From an uncultured Bacilli bacterium (lineage in GTDB: Bacteria > Bacillota_I > Bacilli_A > RF39 > UBA660): 64,000 nt of DNA. Below, in pieces: positions 1 through 8,229 of the stretch. The stretch spans positions 112,247-176,246 of the forward strand of contig CAKOHG010000003.1 of NCBI GenBank assembly GCA_934085565.1, in the 5' to 3' direction. A program made the translations under genes and the position numbers. Below the pieces are notes generated by a model. The model did no database searches and was not told where the DNA came from. It saw only the letters and a list, made by a program, of their open reading frames with translations. Position 1 is the first letter of the stretch. Every line of letters begins with the position of its first letter.

Positions 1-522
1 AGTAGTAGTAAAAAAGGATCTTATAAGGGAGAAATTAAACTTGTTTCAGAAGAAGATGAAACCATAAAAGATGGAACAGAAATTGATGAGGATAATAATG
101 ATCGTGGACATTACGAAGACAAACCATTTAATCCAAGACAATTATGTGAAGAGGCTGAAAATTGTGATATAAGTCTTGCTAATTTTTGTACTTCTCCCAC
201 AGTAGCACGTACCTTTAAATTTTTAGGTTTATTATTCTATATAGCCAAAATACTAGTGCCAGGAATAATAATTGTCATGGGATTTGTTAATCTCTTTAAA
301 ATTATGACATCTGGTAAAACGGATGATGCCAAAAAATACGCAAAATCTATTATCATTCGTATTTTTGTGGGCATTGTTATTTTCTTGCTTCCAGGAATTA
401 TAAATACTATTTATGATGCTGCAAAATCAATAATTGGTTCAGGTGGTACCGGTGGTTTTGATAACTGTGCTACTTGTTTATTGGATCCAAATTCCGACAA
501 ATGTTATATTGAGGAAAATTAA
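1..522 (+). CDS. Secreted protein, 5'-truncated by the window edge; C-terminal VirB2/TrbC-like two-helix pilin module (paralog 0 of an array)
   Basis: C-terminal ~130 aa is about 80% identical to the C-terminus of the next gene. It has two hydrophobic helices separated by a KTDDAKKYAK loop and a CxxC...C tail, with a Cys pair before helix 1. Confidence 0.55.
   Translation, partial: SSSKKGSYKGEIKLVSEEDETIKDGTEIDEDNNDRGHYEDKPFNPRQLCEEAENCDISLANFCTSPTVARTFKFLGLLFYIAKILVPGIIIVMGFVNLFKIMTSGKTDDAKKYAKSIIIRIFVGIVIFLLPGIINTIYDAAKSIIGSGGTGGFDNCATCLLDPNSDKCYIEEN
140..522 (+). repeat. About 385-bp direct repeat, copy A (3' end of paralog 0), about 80% identical to 1782..2165
   Basis: By-eye alignment shows perfect runs such as TTGTTAATCTCTTTAA and ATTATGACATCTGGTAAAA shared by both copies. 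Confidence 0.6.
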
Positions 523-539
523 ATAAGGGGAGAATAAAA

Positions 540-2165
540 ATGTATAAAAAATTCAAACTATTCGTGATAATTAGTATTTCTGTTTTGTTTTTTAATGTGA
601 ATGTAAATGCCGCTGAAATTAGTAATACTTGTAAATACACATCACACAGTGGCTATAATACAGTTTATTTAGATATTTATGATGATAATACGGCTAAAGC
701 TTATGTAAAGTATTATTTAAAATCAACAGAAGGAAATGGTGAATTTTTCCCATATGATGACTTTGGCAAAAAAGCTAAAATTCAAAATTGGAACAAAAAT
801 GATACACAATATTCAAGTGAAAAATGTCCTTCATATGCCTTAGTAATGCCAACTTGGATAAATGGGTATAATACTTATTTTTCTGATTCTAAAAGTGATC
901 TTTCTACCACGCTTGGAAATAAAAAAGGATATGTGTTAGACAATGATAAATCTTTTGAGTCTTACGCTACTTGTGAGTATAAAGTTAAATATACTTCTAA
1001 CTCTTATATGAAATTTAAAATTGTTATTCGAGATAAAGATTATTCTAGACTTTATTATATGCAAAATATGGGAGATAATAAATATCAATATGTTAATGCT
1101 AATTTTTCTAAATTATTAAATTCACCAGCTTTATATTCTGGTTCAAATGTCTCAGAGGTTACTCAGATAAGTTCTCAAATTAATTCTGTAGAAGATATTT
1201 ATACGGCTTTTGAAGCAAATGGAAATAAATGTCCTTACATTATTTCAAAAAATGTTAAGGACCCAACTAATTTTACAATTGCTGTTTCAGCAGAATCTGT
1301 TCATGATGATGTAAATACTTTTTCTGCGTCTGCTATAGATGGTGGACAATATACCGAACAATCACCGGAACAAACAACTTTAACGAAAAGCTGTAAATCC
1401 CATTTTAATAAAAATGACATTCCGGCTTTAAATGGCGCAACATTTTTCTTTAATCAATATTCAGATGGAAAAAAAGAATTTTGTGCCAAAATAACGAATA
1501 TGTCTGAAGAACAATGTACAAATGTTTCTAAAATAAATAATTTTGGTTTGACTGTAACAACAAGATCAGAAAACTCTTATACATTTACGATTGATACTGA
1601 AACTTTTGATGATTTTTTCGGTGATAGTTGTATTGGTGATAAATTTTATATCGTAGAAGAAGCTGGAATTACTTCGGGATCTTATATTTTAACAACCAGT
1701 GAAGATAAAGCTAAAGAAGGAACGAATTATACTCAAGGAAAAGAGGGAGTCGACCTTGAAGATAAAGAATTTAATCCTTCTCAAATTTGTGAAGACGCTG
1801 AAAATTGTGATATTAGTTTAGATAATTTTTGTACAACTGGTAGTGTTGCTAGAACTTTTAAATTCTTAGGGCTATTATTTTATATTGCTAAGATATTGGT
1901 ACCAGGAATCATAATAGTGATGGGTTTTGTTAATCTCTTTAAGATTATGACATCTGGTAAAATGGATGACGCTAAAAAATATGCAAAATCTATCATCATT
2001 CGTATTTTTGTTGGGATTGCTATCTTTTTAATACCTGATATCATTCATACGATTTATAATAGTGCAAGTAACATTTTAGGTAATGGTGGTAGCGGTGGCT
2101 TTGACAATTGTGAGGCCTGTCTTATGCGTCCAACTTCAAAGGAATGCGTCATTGAAGAAAACTAG
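540..2165 (+). CDS. Secreted 541-aa protein: Sec signal peptide, 430-aa variable ectodomain, C-terminal VirB2/TrbC-like pilin module
   Basis: RBS GGGGAG; signal peptide ...NVNVNA|AE; C-terminal FLGLLFYIAKILVPGIIIVMGFVNLF - KIMTSGKMDDAKKYAK - IFVGIAIFLIPDII - GGSGGFDNCEACL...C. Confidence 0.6.
   Translation: MYKKFKLFVIISISVLFFNVNVNAAEISNTCKYTSHSGYNTVYLDIYDDNTAKAYVKYYLKSTEGNGEFFPYDDFGKKAKIQNWNKNDTQYSSEKCPSYALVMPTWINGYNTYFSDSKSDLSTTLGNKKGYVLDNDKSFESYATCEYKVKYTSNSYMKFKIVIRDKDYSRLYYMQNMGDNKYQYVNANFSKLLNSPALYSGSNVSEVTQISSQINSVEDIYTAFEANGNKCPYIISKNVKDPTNFTIAVSAESVHDDVNTFSASAIDGGQYTEQSPEQTTLTKSCKSHFNKNDIPALNGATFFFNQYSDGKKEFCAKITNMSEEQCTNVSKINNFGLTVTTRSENSYTFTIDTETFDDFFGDSCIGDKFYIVEEAGITSGSYILTTSEDKAKEGTNYTQGKEGVDLEDKEFNPSQICEDAENCDISLDNFCTTGSVARTFKFLGLLFYIAKILVPGIIIVMGFVNLFKIMTSGKMDDAKKYAKSIIIRIFVGIAIFLIPDIIHTIYNSASNILGNGGSGGFDNCEACLMRPTSKECVIEEN
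1782..2165 (+). repeat. About 385-bp direct repeat, copy B (3' end of gene 540..2165)
   Basis: As above. Confidence 0.6.
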
Positions 2166-2228
2166 AAAATACTAGTTTTTTTTCTTATAACTTGATATAA
2201 TTATTTTGTTGAAAAAGTGGGGCTTATT

Positions 2229-2774
2229 ATGAAAAATAAAATTAAGTATATTTTAATATTTATCATTAGTATTTCTATTATTTTTCCAAAATTGGTTTAT
2301 GCACAAAGCAATATAAATCAAAATAATATCTTGTTAATAAATGACGTTAATAAAAATATAAGTGATACTTTTATAACTTTAGATGCAGAAGTGAGTGATA
2401 CCACTGTTGGAGAAATTTGTAGTATGCCTCAATATCGTAAAACCATGCGCTTTTTTGGAACAATCGTTACGTTTGCTAAATATATTGTTCCTGTAGTAAT
2501 TATTGCTTTTGGAATAATGGATTTATATAAGGCTGTAGCAGGAGCTAAAGATGACGAGATAAAAAAATCATTTAAAGCTATTATGGTGAGAATAGCAGCG
2601 GGCGTTTTTATCTTTTTACTTCCAGGATTAGTACAGTTTTTCTTTAATATGTTAAATGAATGGAGCGATTACAAAGTTGATGTTTGTTGCTGTACCGAAT
2701 GTTTATTAAATTCAAGTTGTGATACGAATAGCTGCAGTAGTAGTTCTTGTAAAATAGAAGGGATGAATAATTAA
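2229..2774 (+). CDS. Secreted protein with C-terminal VirB2/TrbC-like pilin module (paralog); Cys-rich tail
   Basis: The ORF track starts at a GTG at 2217. The ATG at 2229 with an upstream AAGTGGGG is the likelier start. Signal peptide ...LVYA|QS; module TMRFFGTIVTFAKYIVPVVIIAFGIMDLYKAVAGAKDDEIKK...; tail CCCTEC...C...C. Confidence 0.55.
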   Translation: MKNKIKYILIFIISISIIFPKLVYAQSNINQNNILLINDVNKNISDTFITLDAEVSDTTVGEICSMPQYRKTMRFFGTIVTFAKYIVPVVIIAFGIMDLYKAVAGAKDDEIKKSFKAIMVRIAAGVFIFLLPGLVQFFFNMLNEWSDYKVDVCCCTECLLNSSCDTNSCSSSSCKIEGMNN

Positions 2775-3607
2775 TGAAAAAATCTTTGATGTTAATAATT
2801 GGATTGTTTATATTTAATTTGCCGATAGCTAATGCAGCTTATTATTATGTACTAGATAATGGTAATTATAATTTATGTGAAACAAGTATGCCTACTTGTA
2901 ACGAAGTCGATAAAGATGCTCCAGGGTTGACTGTTGATAATTCTGCTAAGGAAATCACTTATAATGGTGGATTCTATGAATTTAATTCAGATTATCAAGA
3001 TTATTATTATAGAACAACATACGGTCAAACTAGGATGTATTATTATATGTCTGGAGATAATTTTGTTTTGTGTAAAACGAAATCAAGTTGTCATACGTAT
3101 TCTCGAAATAAACTTGAGAATGCAGGAGCGATTATTTCTAATAGAAGTCAAGTAGAACTTTCTGAAGATGAAATTTATTATTACAACTCAACTTATGAAT
3201 CATCCTCTTCAAATAATAGTCAAAATAATAATTCTGATGGCTCAAATGCTGGTACCACGACGGGCACTAATAATACTCCTGCTACAGATGATGTAGGATA
3301 TTGTACCAAATTAAAAGCACCTTTAGAGTTTATTGGAAATATTGTATTGATTTTTAAAATAATTATTCCAATTATCATAATTATTTATGGAAGTGTTGAT
3401 TTCTTTCGTGCTATAACAGGAGCTAAAGATGATGAAATTAAAAAAGCAGCAAGATCACTTTTATTTAGAGTTTTAGCCGGTGTTGTTGTCTTTCTTCTTC
3501 CAACAATTGTTAGTTTTATTTTTACTTTAGTTAGTGATTTTGCTAATATTAAAGGATCTTTCAAATATTGTCAAAAATGTGTTTTTGATGTTCGAAATTG
3601 TAAGTAG
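2774..3607 (+). CDS. Secreted protein with S/N/T-rich linker and C-terminal VirB2/TrbC-like pilin module (paralog)
   Basis: Start overlaps the previous stop (TAATG). Signal peptide ...PIANA|AY; low-complexity SSSSNNSQNNNSDGSNAGTTTGTNNTP linker; module ...ITGAKDDEIKKAARS...; tail CQKCVFDVRNC. Confidence 0.55.
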   Translation: MKKSLMLIIGLFIFNLPIANAAYYYVLDNGNYNLCETSMPTCNEVDKDAPGLTVDNSAKEITYNGGFYEFNSDYQDYYYRTTYGQTRMYYYMSGDNFVLCKTKSSCHTYSRNKLENAGAIISNRSQVELSEDEIYYYNSTYESSSSNNSQNNNSDGSNAGTTTGTNNTPATDDVGYCTKLKAPLEFIGNIVLIFKIIIPIIIIIYGSVDFFRAITGAKDDEIKKAARSLLFRVLAGVVVFLLPTIVSFIFTLVSDFANIKGSFKYCQKCVFDVRNCK

Positions 3608-3612
3608 GTGAA

Positions 3613-4092
3613 ATGATGAAATTTAAATATATTACAGTTATTATCCTTAGTTTCTTTTTGGGATTAGGTTTTGCAAACGCAGAAGAAATTGTGCCATTAA
3701 AGAATGATATTGTACTTCTAGCAGGTGAAACTACTACAACAGCTGATACAACGACTAATAGTGGAACTACTAATTATTGTACTGGTTTACGTTCTACCTT
3801 TGTTTTTATCGGCCATTTAATTCGCCTTGCTAAAATTTTAATACCAATTATTGTTATCATTTTTGGAATGTTAGACTTTTTCAAAGCTGTAACAGGTTCT
3901 AAAGATGATGAAATCAAAAAAGCGGCAAAATCATTATTATTTAGAGCTCTTGCTGGGGTATGTATTTTCTTTTTACCAGCAATTATAGACTTTGTTTTCG
4001 GACTTGTTGATGGTTGGAGTAATAGTGAATATGAGTCTGGTTATCAAGATTGCTTTAAATGTGTTTGGGATGTTGGAAGTTGTACGAAATAA
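3613..4092 (+). CDS. Secreted protein with T-rich linker and C-terminal VirB2/TrbC-like pilin module (paralog)
   Basis: Signal peptide ...GFANA|EE; TTTTADTTTNSGTTNYC linker; module ...VTGSKDDEIKKAAKS...; tail CFKCVWDVGSC. Confidence 0.55.
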   Translation: MMKFKYITVIILSFFLGLGFANAEEIVPLKNDIVLLAGETTTTADTTTNSGTTNYCTGLRSTFVFIGHLIRLAKILIPIIVIIFGMLDFFKAVTGSKDDEIKKAAKSLLFRALAGVCIFFLPAIIDFVFGLVDGWSNSEYESGYQDCFKCVWDVGSCTK

Positions 4093-4120
4093 TGTAATTG
4101 TAAAAGGTTACATTTTTTTC

Positions 4121-4149
4121 TTGTTATAAAGTACTATTTCTAGTATAAT
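4121..4149 (+). promoter_or_regulatory. Sigma-A-type promoter TTGTTA-17-TATAAT upstream of gene 4175
   Basis: TTGTTA at 4121..4126 and TATAAT at 4144..4149 with a 17-nt spacer. A weak TGTAA/TTACA hairpin plus T7 run lies just upstream (about 4099..4118). Confidence 0.45.
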
Positions 4150-4174
4150 TTAAGATGAAAACGAGCGTGAAATT

Positions 4175-5197
4175 ATGAAAAAAAGGCTGTACATTTTACT
4201 TATTTTTGTTTGCTTATTTTGGAGTGTAAATGTCACTGCAGCGAGTTGTTCAAATGTAACTGAAAGCAGTGTAAAAACTTATTTTGCTACCAATGGCTAT
4301 TCTGGAGCAAAATATTGTAGTGGGGATAGAACTTTAGAAAATTCTGGATCTTTTCCACTTACGATTGCTTCTATATTAAAAAGTTACAATATGAATTATA
4401 TCCCAACAGATGTCTCTAAATATTTATGTGAGCATTACCAAGGAATGATAGAAGCTTCTAATTATAGTACCATTGTTAAAGCTAATGATGTTGAAGATGA
4501 GTTTAAAGTAAATATTGATAGAATAGAAAATACAATGACTGCTATTGATGAAACACTTGCAAATAAAAAGTCTGTTTTAGCTTCTATAAATAGCAGTAGC
4601 ATATTTGCTGACAATGCTAGTTTTATTGGTATTGTTATGAAAAAAAATGATCAATATTACATTATTAATACAGCTAGTCAAGATGAAAATAATACAAGTG
4701 GCTGGTATTCTAAAGATTCTCTAGAAGAAAATGTTTTGAATGCAATAGATACTGGTATGTGGTCAATTATTCCAAAAGATTGTGATAATAGTTCTGATAG
4801 TGTAGTTACAACAGCTGCTCAAACTGAGGGAGATCATAGTCCTTCTGAGGATCCTTATCCTGGAGCTGGACCAAATTTAGGTACAGACGATGAGGTGAAG
4901 TGTAATAAGATTTTTAAGAAAAATGGTAGTGATGAATTTAATGATCTCGGTCAATTTTTACAAAATGTGTTTTTAGGTATCAGACTTTTAGCGCCTGCTT
5001 TAGTTATTATTTTATCAACGATTGATTATATTAAAGCTATTGCTTCATCTAATCAAGATGATTTGAAAAAGGTAAATAAAAAAACAATAAAAAGAGTAGT
5101 TGCAGGTCTCATTATATTCTTTATTCCATTATTATTAGATATTCTATTCAAGTTATTTGGTATTTATGATTTATCAACTTGTGGAATAGGTAGTTAG
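4175..5197 (+). CDS. Secreted 340-aa protein with a divergent C-terminal VirB2/TrbC-like module (paralog)
   Basis: Signal peptide ...SVNVTA|AS; C-terminal LGIRLLAPALVIILSTIDYIKAIASSNQDDLKKVNKK...VAGLIIFFIPLLLDILF...STCG. It keeps the same two-helix plus D-D-x-K-K loop architecture. Confidence 0.5.
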   Translation: MKKRLYILLIFVCLFWSVNVTAASCSNVTESSVKTYFATNGYSGAKYCSGDRTLENSGSFPLTIASILKSYNMNYIPTDVSKYLCEHYQGMIEASNYSTIVKANDVEDEFKVNIDRIENTMTAIDETLANKKSVLASINSSSIFADNASFIGIVMKKNDQYYIINTASQDENNTSGWYSKDSLEENVLNAIDTGMWSIIPKDCDNSSDSVVTTAAQTEGDHSPSEDPYPGAGPNLGTDDEVKCNKIFKKNGSDEFNDLGQFLQNVFLGIRLLAPALVIILSTIDYIKAIASSNQDDLKKVNKKTIKRVVAGLIIFFIPLLLDILFKLFGIYDLSTCGIGS

Positions 5198-5211
5198 AAA
5201 AGGGTGATAGT

Positions 5212-7344
5212 ATGTTAAAAATGTTTTTGATAGCGGCTAATCCAGTTACTAGCTGGTTTAATAATCAAATGCATAGATTTTTATTATGGGTAGACCAATC
5301 TGTTTATTGGGCTGCCTCTCAATGCTATCAATTGTTTATGAAGTTAGCTACTGCTCAAATTTTTACAGATGATTTCTTCTCAAGTTTTGCTAAACGTATC
5401 TATGCCATCTTAGGTGTTTTTATGCTATTTTATTTGGTATATGCTTTATTAAACGCTATTGTAGATCCTGATAAATTAACAAACGATAAAGGAGCTGGCA
5501 AAATTGCTAAAAATTTAATTATATCTTTAGTTTTATTAGGACTTTTACCAAACCTTTTTGATTTGGCTTATCGTTTACAAAATTTTGTATTATCTTCTAA
5601 TTTACTCGGAGCTGTTATTTTGGGGTCAGATGTTATCGATGTTTCTGATTCAGAAGCAATAACTGAAAATAATGAAAGTTTAATTCGTTTTGGGGATTAT
5701 GCTTCTTTTACGGTTTTAAATGCCTTTTTAAATCCAGAAAATTTAAATCCAACTTTAGATGGTGGCTATAACTGGTATGGTGTTAAAAAGGAAATTTTAG
5801 AAGAGGGTAAATGGAAAAATTTACCATTGTTATCAGATGCGGTCTCTAATGGAACATCTATTGGAGGAGAAAATATTGTTTTGACGTATCGTCCTATTGT
5901 TTCAACAGCAGCCGGTGTTTTCTTAATTTATATGTTACTATCTTTCACTTTAGATTTAGGTGTTCGAGTAGTTAAATTTGCTTTTTATCAATTATTGGCA
6001 CCTATACCAATAGTTTTAAGGATTCTTCCTAGTAAAAAAGGAACTTTTGATAAATGGCTAAAGCAAACATTAAGTGTTTATTTTGAGGTATTCGTTCGTG
6101 TTGGTTTAATGTATATTGCCATTTACTTTATTAATGCTATTACGACAAATAATACATTAATGGAGATGTGGACAGAAAGTACTTCTGGAAAACTAGCTTT
6201 GGCGATTATCATTATTGGTGTGTTTGCATTTGCTAAACAAGCGCCTAAAATTATCAGTGATGTTCTTGGAATTGATACTGGAGGTCTTAAACTTGGCATT
6301 GGTGAAAAACTTAAAGCAGGCGGTTTCTTTGGTGCCGGAGCAATGTTGGGAGCAGGTGCTACCGGATTAGTTAGAAATGGAATCAATGGAGTTGGTAACG
6401 TTTTTAATAGTGGAAGATCAGCTGCTAATAGTTTTCGTAATGGTGAATTTAAAAATGGATTTAAAAATGTTGGTAAAGCAATGTTTGGCGTAGGTGCTGG
6501 GATTGGTTCAACTATTGCAGGTACAACATCAGGTATATATAATGCTTATGGAAGTGGTAAAAAGGCTGGAAATTTCAAGGATATGGTAAAAGCAGCCGGA
6601 GAAGGAGCTAAAAAAAGTTTGGATAATAGAGTTAAAAGAGCCAACTATATAGCTACTAATAATGGCATGCTTGGAAGTGCTAAAGCTAAAGCCATCGATA
6701 CATTAGGTGTAGCTAAAGAATGGGCAACAGGAACACCATTGAACAATTTCTTATCTCGTGTAAAATTTAAAGAAGATTTTTATAAAGAATTTGACGAATA
6801 TAAAACATTGTACGAAAACCCAGAATACAATGCTATGGACGCACAATTAAATCACTTACAAGCCTTAAAAGCACAAGGTGCAACTGTAACTGAAGATGGA
6901 ACACAAATAGATACAGCCATTGACACAATGAAAAATGCTATGACAAACAAACGACTTACGGCTATTAACAAGAATCCAAATGCTGCAGCTTATATAGCCT
7001 ATAATATGGCAAAATTTGCTAAAGACAATTTTAATCTTTATAAATCTCCTGACGTCGACTTTGATTTTAATGGTGCGAATATAGAAGATTTTATTTTGAA
7101 AGGTGATACAGTATACCATCAAGATGGTAAAGAATGGTCTAAAGAAGAACTAATGAAATTATATGAAAATGCAAATGCAGGTGATTATGCAATTGATACT
7201 AAAGGAAATGTTAATATTACGACTAGTTACGATTCAAAAGGAAGTATGAAATCACAAATTGGCGCAAGCAAAGTAGCCTTAAAATCGGCAAAACAAACAC
7301 CTGCTTATAAAGAAGCAGCAAAAAAAGAAGCAGCAAAAAAATAA
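5212..7344 (+). CDS. VirB6/TrbL-like polytopic membrane protein (T4SS channel component) with Gly-rich segment and Lys/Ala-rich C-terminal domain
   Basis: 710 aa with at least 6 predicted TM helices, GGFFGAGAMLGAGATGL glycine zipper and a long soluble tail. Its size and position next to VirB3/VirB4 match TcpH / Tn916 Orf15-type proteins. Confidence 0.5.
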   Translation: MLKMFLIAANPVTSWFNNQMHRFLLWVDQSVYWAASQCYQLFMKLATAQIFTDDFFSSFAKRIYAILGVFMLFYLVYALLNAIVDPDKLTNDKGAGKIAKNLIISLVLLGLLPNLFDLAYRLQNFVLSSNLLGAVILGSDVIDVSDSEAITENNESLIRFGDYASFTVLNAFLNPENLNPTLDGGYNWYGVKKEILEEGKWKNLPLLSDAVSNGTSIGGENIVLTYRPIVSTAAGVFLIYMLLSFTLDLGVRVVKFAFYQLLAPIPIVLRILPSKKGTFDKWLKQTLSVYFEVFVRVGLMYIAIYFINAITTNNTLMEMWTESTSGKLALAIIIIGVFAFAKQAPKIISDVLGIDTGGLKLGIGEKLKAGGFFGAGAMLGAGATGLVRNGINGVGNVFNSGRSAANSFRNGEFKNGFKNVGKAMFGVGAGIGSTIAGTTSGIYNAYGSGKKAGNFKDMVKAAGEGAKKSLDNRVKRANYIATNNGMLGSAKAKAIDTLGVAKEWATGTPLNNFLSRVKFKEDFYKEFDEYKTLYENPEYNAMDAQLNHLQALKAQGATVTEDGTQIDTAIDTMKNAMTNKRLTAINKNPNAAAYIAYNMAKFAKDNFNLYKSPDVDFDFNGANIEDFILKGDTVYHQDGKEWSKEELMKLYENANAGDYAIDTKGNVNITTSYDSKGSMKSQIGASKVALKSAKQTPAYKEAAKKEAAKK

Positions 7345-7364
7345 TAGAAAAGGGGTAAATTTAA

Positions 7365-7673
7365 ATGAATCAATATTTAATACCTGCCAACACAAAGAAG
7401 TCAAAACTTATTCTTGGCTTCTTTACTTGGATTGATTTAGCAATATTTGGTACAGGTTGTGGTATTACATTACTACTTTTGTTAATTTTCCAAGGCATGG
7501 ATTTTACAACAGCTATCATTGTATTACTGCCTGCTTTGATATCGGGATTTTTAGTTATCCCGGTACCAAATTATCATAATGTTTTACAACTTATTACTAA
7601 TATTGTGACATTTATGTTGGGAAGAAAAAGGTATTATTGGAAAGGCTGGTGTATTAAAGATGGCGAAAAATAA
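7365..7673 (+). CDS. VirB3-like small two-TM membrane protein
   Basis: 102 aa with two hydrophobic helices (LILGFFTWIDLAIFGTGCGITLLLLLIF / TAIIVLLPALISGFLVIPV). It lies immediately 5' of VirB4 and overlaps it by 14 nt. Confidence 0.4.
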   Translation: MNQYLIPANTKKSKLILGFFTWIDLAIFGTGCGITLLLLLIFQGMDFTTAIIVLLPALISGFLVIPVPNYHNVLQLITNIVTFMLGRKRYYWKGWCIKDGEK

Positions 7674-8229
7674 AAAAGAAGAAATAGCAAGTAAATGGAG
7701 TGAAGATTGGGTACCTCTTAAAAATATCATGAACGGTATGATTCAACTTGAAAACGGAGAATATGTAACAGGAGTTAAAATTGCTCCTAAAAATATCTTT
7801 ATTTTAGATGCAGGAACAAGAGATAATGTGATTTATCAATTAAGAAATTTTTATAATTCTATTAATTTTGAATTCTGGCTTGTTGTTGCAGATCGTCCGG
7901 TAGATATTAATGTTTATTTATCCCAATTACAAATTCAATTTAATCGAGCTAATAATGCGATTACTCGTAAACTTGTTCAAGAAGATATTAACAAAGCTAA
8001 TATGTTTATGAGTGCAGAATATAACGTAGTAGATACCGAATATTATATTTTATTTAAAGAAAAGAAAATGGATGTCATTCAAAAAAGATTACATACTTTA
8101 ATAAGCAATTTAGCAAACTGTGGCTTAAATAGTCAACAAACAAGTAATAATGATTTAAGAGTTATTTTAGATAATTTCTTTAATGGTGGGGCAGCCACGA
8201 ATTTTAGTGGGATGGTAGGTGTACGATGA
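7660..8229 (+). CDS. VirB4-family N-terminal domain, encoded as a separate ORF
   Basis: LKNIMNGMIQLENGEYVTGVKIAPKNIFILD resembles the N-terminal motif of Gram-positive VirB4 homologues (Tn916 Orf16 / TcpF / PrgJ class). It ends in an ATGA overlap with the next ORF. Confidence 0.5.
   Translation: MAKNKKEEIASKWSEDWVPLKNIMNGMIQLENGEYVTGVKIAPKNIFILDAGTRDNVIYQLRNFYNSINFEFWLVVADRPVDINVYLSQLQIQFNRANNAITRKLVQEDINKANMFMSAEYNVVDTEYYILFKEKKMDVIQKRLHTLISNLANCGLNSQQTSNNDLRVILDNFFNGGAATNFSGMVGVR

Noticed and set aside
2934-3155. ORF 2934..3155 (+) in an alternative frame of gene 2774..3607
   Set aside because: It overlaps a gene with a signal peptide and the conserved pilin module in another frame. It is an I/L-rich frame artefact of AT-rich DNA.
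6123-7122. Minus-strand ORFs 6123..6386 and 6865..7122 inside the VirB6-like gene
   Set aside because: They are wholly embedded antisense to a long, well-supported + strand ORF. They are low-complexity (Pro/Ala-rich or Ile/Phe-rich) translations of the Gly/Ala- and Lys-rich coding strand, with no RBS.
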